Shown here: positions 12,610 to 26,063 of the stretch, piece after piece | Layout: the number at the start of each line of letters is the position of its first letter | Numbering within the stretch: position 1 is the stretch's first letter | DNA from: the human T2T-CHM13v2.0 reference genome, Homo sapiens | Assembly (NCBI RefSeq): GCF_009914755.1 | Contig: NC_060931.1 | Direction: 5' to 3' (one strand) | DNA: 64,000 nucleotides | Program-made: the position numbers and the translations under genes | The notes under the pieces: generated by a model | Told to the model about the DNA's origin: nothing | The model's database searches: none | What the model saw: only the letters and a program-made list of their open reading frames with translations

Positions 12610-14724
12610 TGAATCAATTTATCTTATATTTAATTTTCTGAGGTAGTTTTGGGCACACTGTAGAGTCTATTGAAACATGAAGTAAACATTAAAAATACAT
12701 GTGTAGATGTCTGAAAATGTGCCTTTCTGTTACGTCAATAGCCCTAGAACAATTCTATTTCAGAGGGACTTAAAACAAGAAATAGATTGTGTGGTTTAAA
12801 TCTGAAGAATAGCTGAACTTGTCCAGTCAGCTATAATTTGTCTCAAGGTTAGATCTGGAGAAGTGGATGCTGTTCTTAGCAGCTATCCAGTAATTACCTG
12901 TTTCTGACAAAGTATGGAGCCATCCAAGTACTTCTTGCATCCCTGTATGGAGGGTAATGGGTGGTTGAAAGCCACAGAAAGGGTAACCTCTCAAATCAAA
13001 GAAAATTCAGCAAGGGTTTGTAAAGGAAAGGGGAGAAGAGTTGGTCATATGCAGATTGCTGATCTCTTAAAGGAAGTGTGATCCCCAATAAGAGGAGGGC
13101 CGTCTTTTTTTTTTTTTTTCTAAACTTCCTTCTTGAAGTTTTGTCTGCCTCCTTTTTCCTTGATCTTCCTTGTACCCTTTACTTAAAATCACATTTTATT
13201 GGTGACTCTTTTTCAGAACTGATGTCTACCATTGGTACCAATTGTGACAATAGATACCTTGCTCCAAGTTGGGGCACACCCTTGTCTCTCTTTCCCTTAT
13301 GTTAATTTATTTTTCTGTTCTCTATAGCCTTCTCCATCAGTCATCTTGGGAAAACTTTATAAGTGAATGACTAAAAATACAAGTTTCAAAGGCAGATTCT
13401 CAGAATTCTTGATACATGACAGAGTTTTCATTGATCTAAATAGAAATAAAGACAATTTGCTGAAAATTTCAAGTTGTTTCAAAAAATTAAACTTAGTTAT
13501 ATCTTTTACTCTTTATTCAAGTGTCCTTTCATGAAATTATAATGATAGTAGTTGGAAGTTTTGTTTATGTTTGGTTTTAATACTCTCACATGGCAAAACA
13601 AAATGTTGGCAACCATTATTACTCAAAATTTTTAGAAATTTTTATTGAACTTTGAAATTATTTAAGTGAAATTCCTTTGGAAAATTTTGCACATAGTGAC
13701 CTACTAACCACTGGAGCAAAAGTATGTAAATCTACTTGCTTAATTTGTTCTTTAGGAAAGACCACACACATAATTTAAATGAAACATGATTGTCTTTTAT
13801 TATACTCCAAATGTGGGTCATATGTAATGCAGCAAAGTAGAACTTGACTAGGTCATCCTTATGTGGCATGGTGGCTATAATTCTCTTATTGGTCACATGA
13901 AGGGATGTGGCTTGCAGGAATTTTAACCTTATAAAGACAACCCTAGAAGGAGCTAAATCATTGGGGGTTTAGTTTCATATTCCGGTTATGTTGTAATCAT
14001 TTTCTTTTTCTTGTTTTACTAGGCTTTCTTCATTTCTTTGTCTGGGTTTTTAATTTCACTGATAGGTTTATAAGCTTTACTACTATATGGGGGTGGGTAA
14101 GAGTTTCCTATTAAAAAGCAGGCAGGCAATAATACAACTTAAATGGTTTTTCCAGCCATTTAATAAAAGGTTTTACTTGGAAAAAAATAGTAAATGTGAA
14201 GATAAAAAGTGATCTCCCTACATTTTCTACATTATAAGCACAATTTTTTGTTTCGATTTTCTAAAAATAAAGATGACTAGAAGTGAGGTGTTAATATAAA
14301 AATTAAAAATTTGAAAGATCATTTTTACTGGTGAGAGACTTCAATAATTCATTTTAAATATGCATGAACATTTTTTCACAGTATTTGAGTATATTTGGTC
14401 AGATTATTTTTACAAGACTAAAAAACTTACAGTATCTTAACTGTTAAATAATTGCAAATTTCTTTTAGAAACACACATTTGCAGGTTTAAAACTTTCAAG
14501 ACTTTCAGAAGATAATTGCACAGCATATTTATTTTTATAGTGATTTAGTGTAATGATTATGAACATAATTTGGGAAATAAATTAGCTTTAGCGAATTTTA
14601 CTGTAAATTTTTTATTTAGGGCACATACCTTAATAATTTGTGAAAGCTATGCATTTGCCTTTAATTGCAGCTTTTAGCATGCTTTACTTTAAATGTGCCA
14701 AATCACTAATTTTTTTTCCTTTAG

Positions 14725-14745
14725 GTATGATACAGTTGAAGGCAT
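14725..14745 (+). CDS. SEPTIN7: Candidate alternative 21-nt microexon adding YDTVEGM (GQLTK-YDTVEGM-SPLAQ)
   Basis: Branch point-like cactaat, pyrimidine tract ending ttcctttag, exon GTATGATACAGTTGAAGGCAT, donor gtaagg; phase 2/2, no stop. Confidence 0.75.
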
Positions 14746-14772
14746 GTAAGGCAGGGGATTTTAAATACTTAA

Positions 14773-15085
<313 letters not shown>

Positions 15086-17224
15086 TAAAAGATTTGAAAC
15101 ATCATTGCATGTTTTATCCGCAGTCTCTTATTTTCCCCCCTAGAGTTATTTAAATAATAATTTAGGTGGCAAAAATACTTGCTCTTTCCCAAGGATAAGA
15201 TAAACATTTTATAGATGAGTTGTATAAGTAGGAATAGATATTTCTCTCTGATTTCTAATTTAATATATTTACAATCATAATTGTTGGAAGTTGCTTAAAT
15301 ACACATTCAGTTACTTAAGGTTAGCAATCACAAAATTGTTTTTAGATTGTTTCTTTTTTAGAGACTAAAAAAGATTTTTGGGGTGTTAGGGGACAGTGGG
15401 AATTATAGACTCTTTGAAAATCTAACAAAAGCTTTGGACCCTTTCACCGGAAGAATCCTGGCAAACACAAACACACATTTGGTATGCTGTTTCAGGGCAG
15501 TCATTGACACTGTGTGTGCTCAAGAGATCAGAGGCAACTGTATTAAAAACACCTGCCATTAATATGAGGAGTATATTATTAAGAAGCATCTCAACTTTTA
15601 ACAAAAAAAGATGATATTTACACTTGAAAATGTTTTTCAGCTGACTCCACTTTTAAAATGCAGGTTCTTGTTCTAAGTTAATATGTCTGGTTAGTTTCAT
15701 TTTCAGAACTTTTGATTCATTGTTTAATTGGAAAAATATATGTCAGGTTAGCATGTAGAAGTTTTCTTTTAGTGAAGAAATATCCTTGATTTAAACAACA
15801 TTTTATTCTAATTTACGCAATTGCGAAAACAGATCATCTTAATTCATAGCATTATATCACATCTTTGTTCTTGCCTTTTTGTTAAGAAAAACTGGTAGCC
15901 AATATTCTGTCCTTTTTGTTTTGTTTCTAACATTTTCTATCTAGCTCTTTTGCCTGCTTCCCTGTTAGAAAAGAAAATTGCTGTGATGGTCAGAAATATT
16001 TAGCCTAATAAGGAGAAAAGTCACCATAATAAGAGTGTGTCAAATCAGGGTTAAAATGACTAGCCTTAAAGTTACGGGTGAAATCCAAGGTCTGGTTTTC
16101 GTTTTTAAGCCATGAGTTAATTTTTTAAAAAAAATTAGCGTATTACAGTAAAATTTACCCATTTAAAATATAAACCTCAATCAATGGTCAAAGCCTGTTT
16201 TTATGGAGGCAAAACAAGCATGCTTTATTAACAAAGCCAAAGAAGGACCTATCTCTTTAGTTTGTCCCAGGGTATTGAATAATTTTCAGAGATTCTCAAA
16301 GCAAAGAGCCCACTTCCTGCTCCTGGGCTGAAAGCACTAGGTACTTTGGCATTCTCTTGTGTCTCTGTGTAAGTATATTAGCCTTAACATAAAGCCCACC
16401 TGTAAATATATCTCAGTGTGAAAATTTTGAACACAATTCTACAAAGAGATTTGAGTCCATGGACTTCAACGTCAACAGAGTGAACATTTTTTTTTTTAAT
16501 TTAACTATGCTTATGTCTATTTTTTTGGCATTTAAAAATAATTATTAACAAAATATTTGCTTCTGATTATCTCTGAAGTATGTGTGTGTGTTTTAAATCA
16601 CTGAACATCTTTAAAACTTAAGACAGTGAAATATTTGAGTTAAGTAGAATGAATTTTCAAGAGCATTGAAGTTATCATAAGGGGCCTAGAAATATTCTGT
16701 ATGCCTAAATAGTGCTCTAGGTATTGACTAGTAGTTGTTTCCAACGTATCAGTTCAGTTACCAAAATAAATAATAATTTTTGTGTTGTTAGTAGCTGTCT
16801 TGGAAGAGATTGTAACACTTGAAATTCTGGTAAAACTAAAAATATTCTACATATGTTAACTTCATTACTCATTTTCTATTTTTCATGGTAAAATGTTGTT
16901 TGAAGAACAAAATTAAATTATTTTCTTCTAATGTTTCATTCTGTGAATGTATTTTGGGAATTTTTTTCCCATTTTCCTTCTACAGTTTATTTGGTATGTC
17001 ATCCTTAGGTTTGATATGCAGTAGGTTTAGAGAACATCTTTGTTTTTTAGATTTTTTTCATAAATAATCAAGTTTTATATATGAAATATGGAAAGAAGTT
17101 CTAGGTTATAAATATATTAATAGTGACATATAGCATCTGATTTGTTTTCATCAGCTGTTTCATAGTTCTGTATTATAATTTTTATTCACAGACATTTAAT
17201 GATTACCCTTAATATTCGTGACAG

Positions 17225-17360
17225 GAGCCCTCTGGCACAAATGGAAGAAGAAAGAAGGGAGCATGTAGCTAAAATGAAGAAGATGGAGATGGAGATGGAG
17301 CAGGTGTTTGAGATGAAGGTCAAAGAAAAAGTTCAAAAACTGAAGGACTCTGAAGCTGAG
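17225..17360 (+). CDS. SEPTIN7: Septin-7 coding exon, coiled coil [45 protein letters not shown]
   Basis: gtgacag acceptor, GAG|gtaatc donor; 136 nt; overlaps ORF 17199..17414. Confidence 0.97.
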
Positions 17361-18222
17361 GTAATCAGTCTAATATCCCATCTCTTAGCAGACATTGTGT
17401 TCCTTTTTAAGTAGTATCTTCAGTAAAATTTATAGATAATATAACCTTTTTATACATATTTTTTCAAAATTAATACCCTAGTGTAACAAAACGGATAAAT
17501 TTCTAGAAGCAAGCACCGTGTTTATAATAAAATAATACATACTTCAATATGCAAGTGCTTGGACGTAGTATATTAGGTAGGACAGTGTAATAGAATACTT
17601 ATAATGAATTATTAGTTATAATGAACAAGTTTGAGTTGTGAAAAATAAAATTACAAACCATTCCATACAGGTGGCATAAGAACACTAAAGATGAGAGTTT
17701 GGGGGTGGATTTATGCACACAAACTGTGTTAGGATAATAATAATTGACCATATTTATTTGTGTATGAGTGAAAAAGAGGGAAATAACCTTTATTGAACTA
17801 AAGACATGCCTGGATAAATTCCACACAATTAAAGAAGAGAAAATTAGGGAATGTGATATTTTTGTTAACAGGTTAGGCCTTCTTTATTTATAATGTAGTG
17901 TCAAGGTAGTTCCTGGTGTTACAACATTGGGCAGGGTAATGACAAAACATCCCAGAAGACATATCTACTATCTTGAAACCCTTCTAGATGTTGAGTTATA
18001 CATTTAGTTTCTATTAATCAAAAAGACCTTGGAGACATTTCCTTCAATAGGTGGCAAGAAAGAAAAGTTGGAGAAAAAGATAAACTGAACATTAAAAATC
18101 CATAGAGCAGTTAGTTTGATAGATGTCTGAGAATAGTAGAAAAAAAACTATGGGTAATCCCAAAATAACAGTGGTTTCAGTATGAAGTTTTCTTCACATA
18201 AATTTGTTATAATTAAAAATTA

Positions 18223-18865
<643 letters not shown>

Positions 18866-20276
18866 TATATACATATATATATATGGATGACAGTAATATA
18901 AAATAGTTTTAAAACAATCTTTAATGATAAAATTTAGTAAGATCCCTGTTTTATGTGGCTTCACTAATATTTGTATCTAAGTGTATGAAGAAGAGATTCA
19001 GATCTCTCGTTATATTCTTACAGTTGATCTCATTGCTTTTGTAATTACCGCATAAAATATGGAAACCTTTTTTGACTAAAGGCATAACAAAAGTATGCTA
19101 ATCCATTGAGTAAATAGAATGCACGGAATGAGAAAGTATTAAATAATTTCGAGGAAATGTTTTTATTCCACATCATTTCTCTTACATTATTGGGCTTTTC
19201 TTGTAATTTCTTATTAAAATCTTTCACTGTTGTTATATTTGTTGTGAGTTTAATTTAGCAGGGGTATGGAATAATTCCTCCTGGTTTCAGACGCTGAGCA
19301 CTACAGGATTAGCATCCCTGGCACTGCCACTAAATGCTAATAGCAGTGCCCTCCTATCATAGGGCAAACCAAAATGTGCATACACACACACCCCTAATCA
19401 AAAGTCACTGTCTTAGCTATTGCTGTTGTATTATAAATGAATAATTAAAGTTCTTAACATGACATTTTGGAGATTAATTTATCAGCATGTTGTAAATATA
19501 TGCATTGAGTCTCTACCTCTTCAGTAATTCACATATAATCTGGAAAATCTATATCCAAAAGGGGGAAAAAAACAGGAATAATCAAGAGTCTACTACATTA
19601 TCTCCACACTTAGATTCCATTGAGAATCTAAAAGTAGTTTAACTTATATTTGAGGCAGATGTATTTTAGGACGTGTTGCTAAAAGTAAATATTACGAACA
19701 AGTAATTGTGAACCTGTAGCCAAGGAACCCTTTGGGAATTTTAATGATTACTGTGAATGGTGAAGACAGTTTTGAAGAACTATTCTTTGAAGGATGGAAT
19801 GTTAACATTTCAAGGACCTGTGAAGAGCTCTGGGCCAAGGTTCCCACCAGATACTCTAAGCCATTAGAGAATTAGGCATGCTCATTCTAGATTCTTTGTC
19901 TTTTATGAAACCACATCTAGAGTGTATTTACCAACATCCCTGTGATAATGAGTTTGCAAATCATCATGTATATGATACATGATATATATTGTGTAAATAT
20001 ACGTGTGAATACATAAATAGGTAAAGAAACCCTTTTAGCCTTGTTTAATACAGTCTCTCCTTAAATCCATTATGCTGGAAATACTTGTTTGGGGCACAGC
20101 TAGCAGCACAGTACATCAGCCACAGCACCAAGCAACTTTCATTTATTGTGTTGTCTAGTGCACACCACAGCCCTACAAGGTAGATATTATTGCCCATCTC
20201 TCCTTTATAGATAAGAAGGATAAATTAACTTAGTATGCCAGCATTTGAACCCAGTTAATTTTTAAGTTAAGCTAGA

Positions 20277-20570
20277 TAGGTCCACAGTCCTGTTTTTCAC
20301 AATTTCAGAATGGAAAAAACTCTGAAAACTGCAAAACCTAACATGAACTAAGTTTTAATCCTACATATTGTGAATATTTATATATTTTACTGAAACAAAT
20401 AAAAAGTAATGTGTTTGATTATACTTGTTGCCCCAGATAGCCCAGGAGGTATTTTATAAATATAGTGTATACTCCTTTCTAAGCGGTGTTGTCGTTTTAA
20501 TAACTGAAAAATGTTGAACTTCAAAAGGCATCTGACCCCATGGGTTTCTTAAGAGTGAGATTGTGACCTG
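20277..20570 (+). mobile_element. MER46C-like TcMar-Tigger DNA transposon
   Basis: Termini taggtccacag... and ...gattgtgacctg|ta. Confidence 0.7.
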
Positions 20571-21350
20571 TACCTTTATCTACATGCAGTTAACACAAAA
20601 GATAATTACTTATATGTAACAAGTTAAAGAATGATGAACACTGTAAGCCTACTACCTGGCTTAAAAAAATAGAATGTTATCAACTCATTTGAAGATGCTG
20701 TGTGCCTGTCCCCTATTGTATCCCTCTCTCTCATTCCCAGAGGTAACTACTATTCCGAATTGTGTATATGTGACTCTTTTCATTTAAAAAAAATAACTAG
20801 AGACATTTTCTTATGTTCCTACTTTCTGACATTTCTTAGTAACTTGTTTGCTGTCATCAGGAAGATATCACCTCAGATTTGATTCATGTTTGCTTAAGTG
20901 TGTCTTAGGTGATTTTGTTTTGTAGGAATTGCATGAAATAATTGAAATAGGAATAAATCTGAAGTCACTTCGGGCTTGCAAAAAAAAATTGTATGCAAAA
21001 TTATAGTAACATATATAATATGTATATAATATATAATACATATAATAGTTATATATTAACATTATGTTAATGTTAACTCACCAGTGTAGTAAAATCTGTA
21101 ACAGAACATAATTCCTGGATAACTGAAGGTTTTGAATAGTCCTTGGGTATTTGGCATAGAAGGATTTAATCTGATTTTTAAAATTTGTTGACTTTTTTTT
21201 TTTTCAGAAATGGATTGACTTGCACCTAAATGAAATTACTTATCTAATGATCTCTTGGACTTAAAGCACTTTGTTTCTGCAGTTACTTCGCATGAGTGTT
21301 TACTGCCTCTCAGTCAGCATTCTTTACAGTATTAATACACAGAGAAGGAA

Positions 21351-21512
21351 GGACCAGCTGCATTAGAATCACTGTAACTTGTTGAAAATCCACATTTCCA
21401 GACTTAACACCCAGATATTCTAATTCAGTACGTCTGAGTGAGGTCCAGGATTCTATATTTTTAACAAACATCCCAGGTGATTTGCATGAAGACCAATGTC
21501 TGAGAACCACTG
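21351..21512. mobile_element. MER5-type hAT-Charlie element
   Basis: gcattagaatcac...tttttaacaaacatcccaggtgatt...tgagaaccactg. Confidence 0.75.
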
Positions 21513-21604
21513 CTTACAGGAATCAGAGTACTTTGCTGGCATCTTTGAGCTCTTAGGGTCCTAAACTACCTGCTTTCTTTTCACTTGTCTTAGCTTTCTA
21601 AACT

Positions 21605-21730
21605 TGGAATTAGGAGGCTTATTCAAGTCCTGGTTCTTCCACTTTCTGGCTAGCAATCTTGGGCAAGTCACTTAAATTCTGCAACTGTTTCCTCATCTGT
21701 ACAATGAGAACAGTGATGTGTTCACTGCCC
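21605..21730. mobile_element. MIR SINE fragment
   Basis: cttgggcaagtcacttaa...gtttcctcatctgtacaatg MIR core. Confidence 0.75.
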
Positions 21731-22051
21731 AGCCTCCAACATATTTGTGATTAAAGAAAAACGAGATAAGATAGTAATTTTCCATTATAAAGTACTCCAC
21801 ACTGTTAAGTTTGTTGCTTTTTTTTTTTTCCTGTTTCCCAAGATTATTGTCTTGGGTCACTGGCCTTTTGGGTGGCAGGTCCTAAAGGAGGAGGAGTCCT
21901 TGACCAGAGTACTTCCAGGTAGTACTCTGAATTTACAACAGGGCTATTCAAATAGTGCTCATACTCCTTATCATTAGGGTGTCTGGATGAAACATACCTC
22001 TGCTTCTGATTTCTTAAATAGTTTTGTTTTATATATTGTGCTATGATTTAG

Positions 22052-22191
22052 CTCCAGCGGCGCCATGAGCAAATGAAAAAGAATTTGGAAGCACAGCACA
22101 AAGAATTGGAGGAAAAACGTCGTCAGTTCGAGGATGAGAAAGCAAACTGGGAAGCTCAACAACGTATTTTAGAACAACAGAACTCTTCAAG
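22052..22191 (+). CDS. SEPTIN7: Septin-7 coding exon, [46 protein letters not shown](R)
   Basis: gatttag acceptor, AG|gtaact donor; 140 nt; continues the frame. Confidence 0.97.
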
Positions 22192-23226
22192 GTAACTAAT
22201 AGCAGATTACTAAGAAATGTGTGTATTAATGTTTTAAAGAATTGTTTTCCTACTTATTTAAAAAACATTAGAATAACACTTAAAAAGTCATCACCCATTA
22301 TCATGCATTCCAAACACAATGGTTTTCATAGATAAATATTTTTATATGGATGGATACAGTCTGTGTCCATTAGTATTTTTTCAGTACATCTTTCATGACT
22401 TAATATTCATAATTATGATTTAGCAACTTCATAACATTCTCCCCAGTTAACTTACCTTCATTGGATTTCTTACCTCCTCCCCCCAGTTGTTGGACATAAG
22501 GGTTGTTTTCAATTTTTGGCACACAAAGGGAACATTCTTCAAAATCTATTACATATTTAGGGGTATGTTTTAACTGTTGAATTATGTTTTTACGATAAAA
22601 TTCTTAAGACAAAATGTTAGATATTTGATTTCCAATACAACTAATCAATTACTTTCTCTTAATTTATACAAAATTCAATAATATTTGTACCTTGGTTTTC
22701 TTTTCCTTAATAGTTTCACTTAAAACTGAAAAGTGGCATTCCTATAAGGATTATATAGTTTATCCTCATTACTAAACATTTTCAGATTTGACATTTGTTC
22801 TACTACACTACCCTACTGTTAACATTTTCCCCAAAGAAGAGGAAAATAGATTTGTGAAAGCAATTGCACTTCAAAATGCAAATGACAGTGGGGGAAAAAG
22901 AATACCCTGTTTGCTGCCAGTTGATACTTTTTAGTTTGTGCTGTTTCATTTGGGAAGAATTGTTCTTGTATATTAAAATGGAGTTTTGCCTTATTTTTTT
23001 ACTGCTTATCCTGGAGTTTTGTCAAATATTTGATTGTCTAAGAAAATGCTATTATAGATTAACATTGTCTTAGCTGTTTACTTCTAAATCTTTTAATTTT
23101 TTTCAGTGAAAAAGTAGTATCTGAAAATCCCAACATTGTTGTAATTGGGTTAGCTGTTGTTATCATGTTGTCTATCATGTTTATAAAATGGTTACTCATC
23201 TTGCTTATTTTCCTTTTATCCTTTAG

Positions 23227-23266
23227 AACCTTGGAAAAGAACAAGAAGAAAGGGAAGATCTTTTAA
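23227..23266 (+). CDS. SEPTIN7: Septin-7 terminal coding segment TLEKNKKKGKIF-stop (polybasic tail)
   Basis: ttttccttttatcctttag acceptor; TAA at 23264-23266. Confidence 0.97.
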
Positions 23267-24257
23267 ACTCTCTATTGACCACCAGTTAACGTATTAGTTG
23301 CCAATATGCCAGCTTGGACATCAGTGTTTGTTGGATCCGTTTGACCAATTTGCACCAGTTTTATCCATAATGATGGATTTAACAGCATGACAAAAATTAT
23401 TTTTTTTTTTGTTCTTGATGGAGATTAAGATGCCTTGAATTGTCTAGGGTGTTCTGTACTTAGAAAGTAAGAGCTCTAAGTACCTTTCCTACATTTTCTT
23501 TTTTTATTAAACAGATATCTTCAGTTTAATGCAAGAGAACATTTTACTGTTGTACAATCATGTTCTGGTGGTTTGATTGTTTACAGGATATTCCAAAATA
23601 AAAGGACTCTGGAAGATTTTCATTGAGGATAAATTGCCATAATATGATGCAAACTGTGCTTCTCTATGATAATTACAATACAAAGGTTCCATTCAGTGCA
23701 GCATATACAATAATGTAATTTAGTCTAACACAGTTGACCCTATTTTTTGACACTTCCATTGTTTAAAAATACACATGGAAAAAAAAAAACCCTATATGCT
23801 TACTGTGCACCTAGAGCTTTTTTATAACAACGTCTTTTTGTTTGTTTGTTTTGGATTCTTTAAATATATATTATTCTCATTTAGTGCCCTCTTTAGCCAG
23901 AATCTCATTACTGCTTCATTTTTGTAATAACATTTAATTTAGATATTTTCCATATATTGGCACTGCTAAAATAGAATATAGCATCTTTCATATGGTAGGA
24001 ACCAACAAGGAAACTTTCCTTTAACTCCCTTTTTACACTTTATGGTAAGTAGCAGGGGGGGAAATGCATTTATAGATCATTTCTAGGCAAAATTGTGAAG
24101 CTAATGACCAACCTGTTTCTACCTATATGCAGTCTCTTTATTTTACTAGAAATGGGAATCATGGCCTCTTGAAGAGAAAAAAGTCACCATTCTGCATTTA
24201 GCTGTATTCATATATTGCATTTCTGTATTTTTTGTTTGTATTGTAAAAAATTCACAT

Positions 24258-24263
24258 AATAAA
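24258..24263 (+). terminator. Proximal polyadenylation signal AATAAA
   Basis: Upstream TGTA motifs and downstream GT-rich element (gatgttgtgatgtaatattgtgtg). Confidence 0.75.
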
Positions 24264-24494
24264 CGATGTTGTGATGTAATATTGTGTGAGGTCTTAAATA
24301 TCCTACAGTCGATGTACAAGAGTAGAGTATGTTTGGGAAGAAACTTTTCAGCTTAAGTTTGCCTCCTCTACAATGACATCTTTTATATGCTTGTCTCATT
24401 TAGAATGCATATGTGCTGATTTTCTAATTTAAGAGATACCATATCTCTCTATTCATTTCTATCTCTCATTTGTATGCTTATTTTTCTGAGAACA

Positions 24495-24722
24495 TTTTTT
24501 TTTTCCCCCAGACAGGGTCTTGCTTCATTGCCCAGGCTGGAGTGCGGTGGCACAAACACGACTCGACTGCAGCCTCAACCCTCTGGGCTCAAGCAGTCCT
24601 CCTGCCTCAGCCCCCTGAGTATCTGGGATTGCAGGCGTGCACCACCACGCCTGGCTAATTTTTGTATTTTTTGCAGCCTCCCAAAGTTCTGGGATTACAG
24701 GCATGAGCCGTCATGCCTGGCC
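24495..24722 (-). mobile_element. Antisense AluJ-like element with internal deletion inside the long 3' UTR
   Basis: Alu consensus with junction tgtattttttg|cagcctcccaaag. Confidence 0.92.
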
Positions 24723-26057
24723 TCTGAGAACAGTTTCTGACTCATTCAGATTAGGTATACTCTCAAGTCCCTGGAAACTGAAATTTTTTTTAACTGTAAA
24801 GAGGGTAGTGTCATTTCTTTTCTTAAGGTCAAGTGACATAGATTTTAATGTAATGCATAATTTAGGTAAGAAATTAATTAATGTAGCCTAGTTTATTATC
24901 TTGAAATGTTTTACCCTATTTACTTTTTAAAATTAATGACCTAAGCGGAGGGAATAATTATAAGTCAATAGCAGAGAGATTGTTGTTTGGGTGTTTATTT
25001 TTTTCAGTTTTTGTTTTGAGAGATTGGGTTAACACCTCTAGCCAAAATTGTTTGGTTTTAGGGAGGCTAACAATAACCTACTGAATTTGGAAAATGCAAA
25101 GGTAAAAAATGTATATAGACTGCCTGCTGAACTGGTTAAGTACTACTGCTTCTGGGAAATACTATTTCAAAATTCTATGTATTATAATAATAAATTTGTA
25201 AGACATTCATTATTCTACCATCCTAATGAAAACTTTCAGAAGTCTTTCTTTATCCATGGCATGCCCAGGGTTTTACCTGAATCTGATACAGGATCTATAT
25301 AACTTTACTAGGACTTTTGATTGTTGACTCCAGGCTTAGGTATATCAGAAGGTTCTTTTTGCCATTTGGCCTGTGGATGTCTGAGAAGATCATTCACAAT
25401 ACATGTAAAATTCAGGTAGGCCTAAGGAAAGGCCAGCCTGTAGAAAGCAAAATGGCAGTGTCTGTTCTCCACTGTTGGAGGCATTATGTAATTTAAGTAT
25501 CCTGTTAGCCACTGTCTTTCTGCTAATTAAGTGGGGCTGAACAAGTAAGCACTAATAATACCAGTGAACCACTTGGGCACCTTGTGGGTAGAGTTTTGCT
25601 GCCACCTAGTGGAATGGGATATCATTGCTTCCATATCAGGTTCACAAGCAAGTTAAGTGGGCACAGTTTATTTCTGTGTAGCTCAGGCTGTAATCTTGAA
25701 AGCTGAGGAGATACCCATGCCTCTCAGACTCATTAGCTGGGTGTCACATTACCACCTGCACATTCTGACCCACCGCATCTTAATATGTTTTGTCCTCTTG
25801 GAGAAACTAGGAGTAGAAGTCAGGATATGGTAGGTAAGGGGGAAAAAGGAAAGACGGCTTGATAGCTATGAATGCATGAGGAGCGAAATGTTGACTCAGT
25901 TATCTAGATCATGGTCTCCAAACCTGATGCTATTTCCTTACAAAAATATTTGTTGAGCATGTGTCCATAATTATATGTATTGAACAATGAAAATATGTGT
26001 CAACAAATGTACTGCTACACTAATGTGAACATTATGGAACAAAATTTGAAAGAGTGA

Positions 26058-26063
26058 AATAAA
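26058..26063 (+). terminator. Distal polyadenylation signal AATAAA
   Basis: Hexamer preceded by TGTA motifs; fits a ~2.8 kb UTR. Confidence 0.65.

Noticed and set aside
22052-22057. Downstream CAG acceptor that would skip Leu-Gln
   Set aside because: Common chance configuration; no supporting evidence in the sequence
22864-23073. Hydrophobic Cys-rich 69-aa ORF in the last intron
   Set aside because: Non-ATG first codon, T-rich intron bias, no convincing splice link to SEPTIN7
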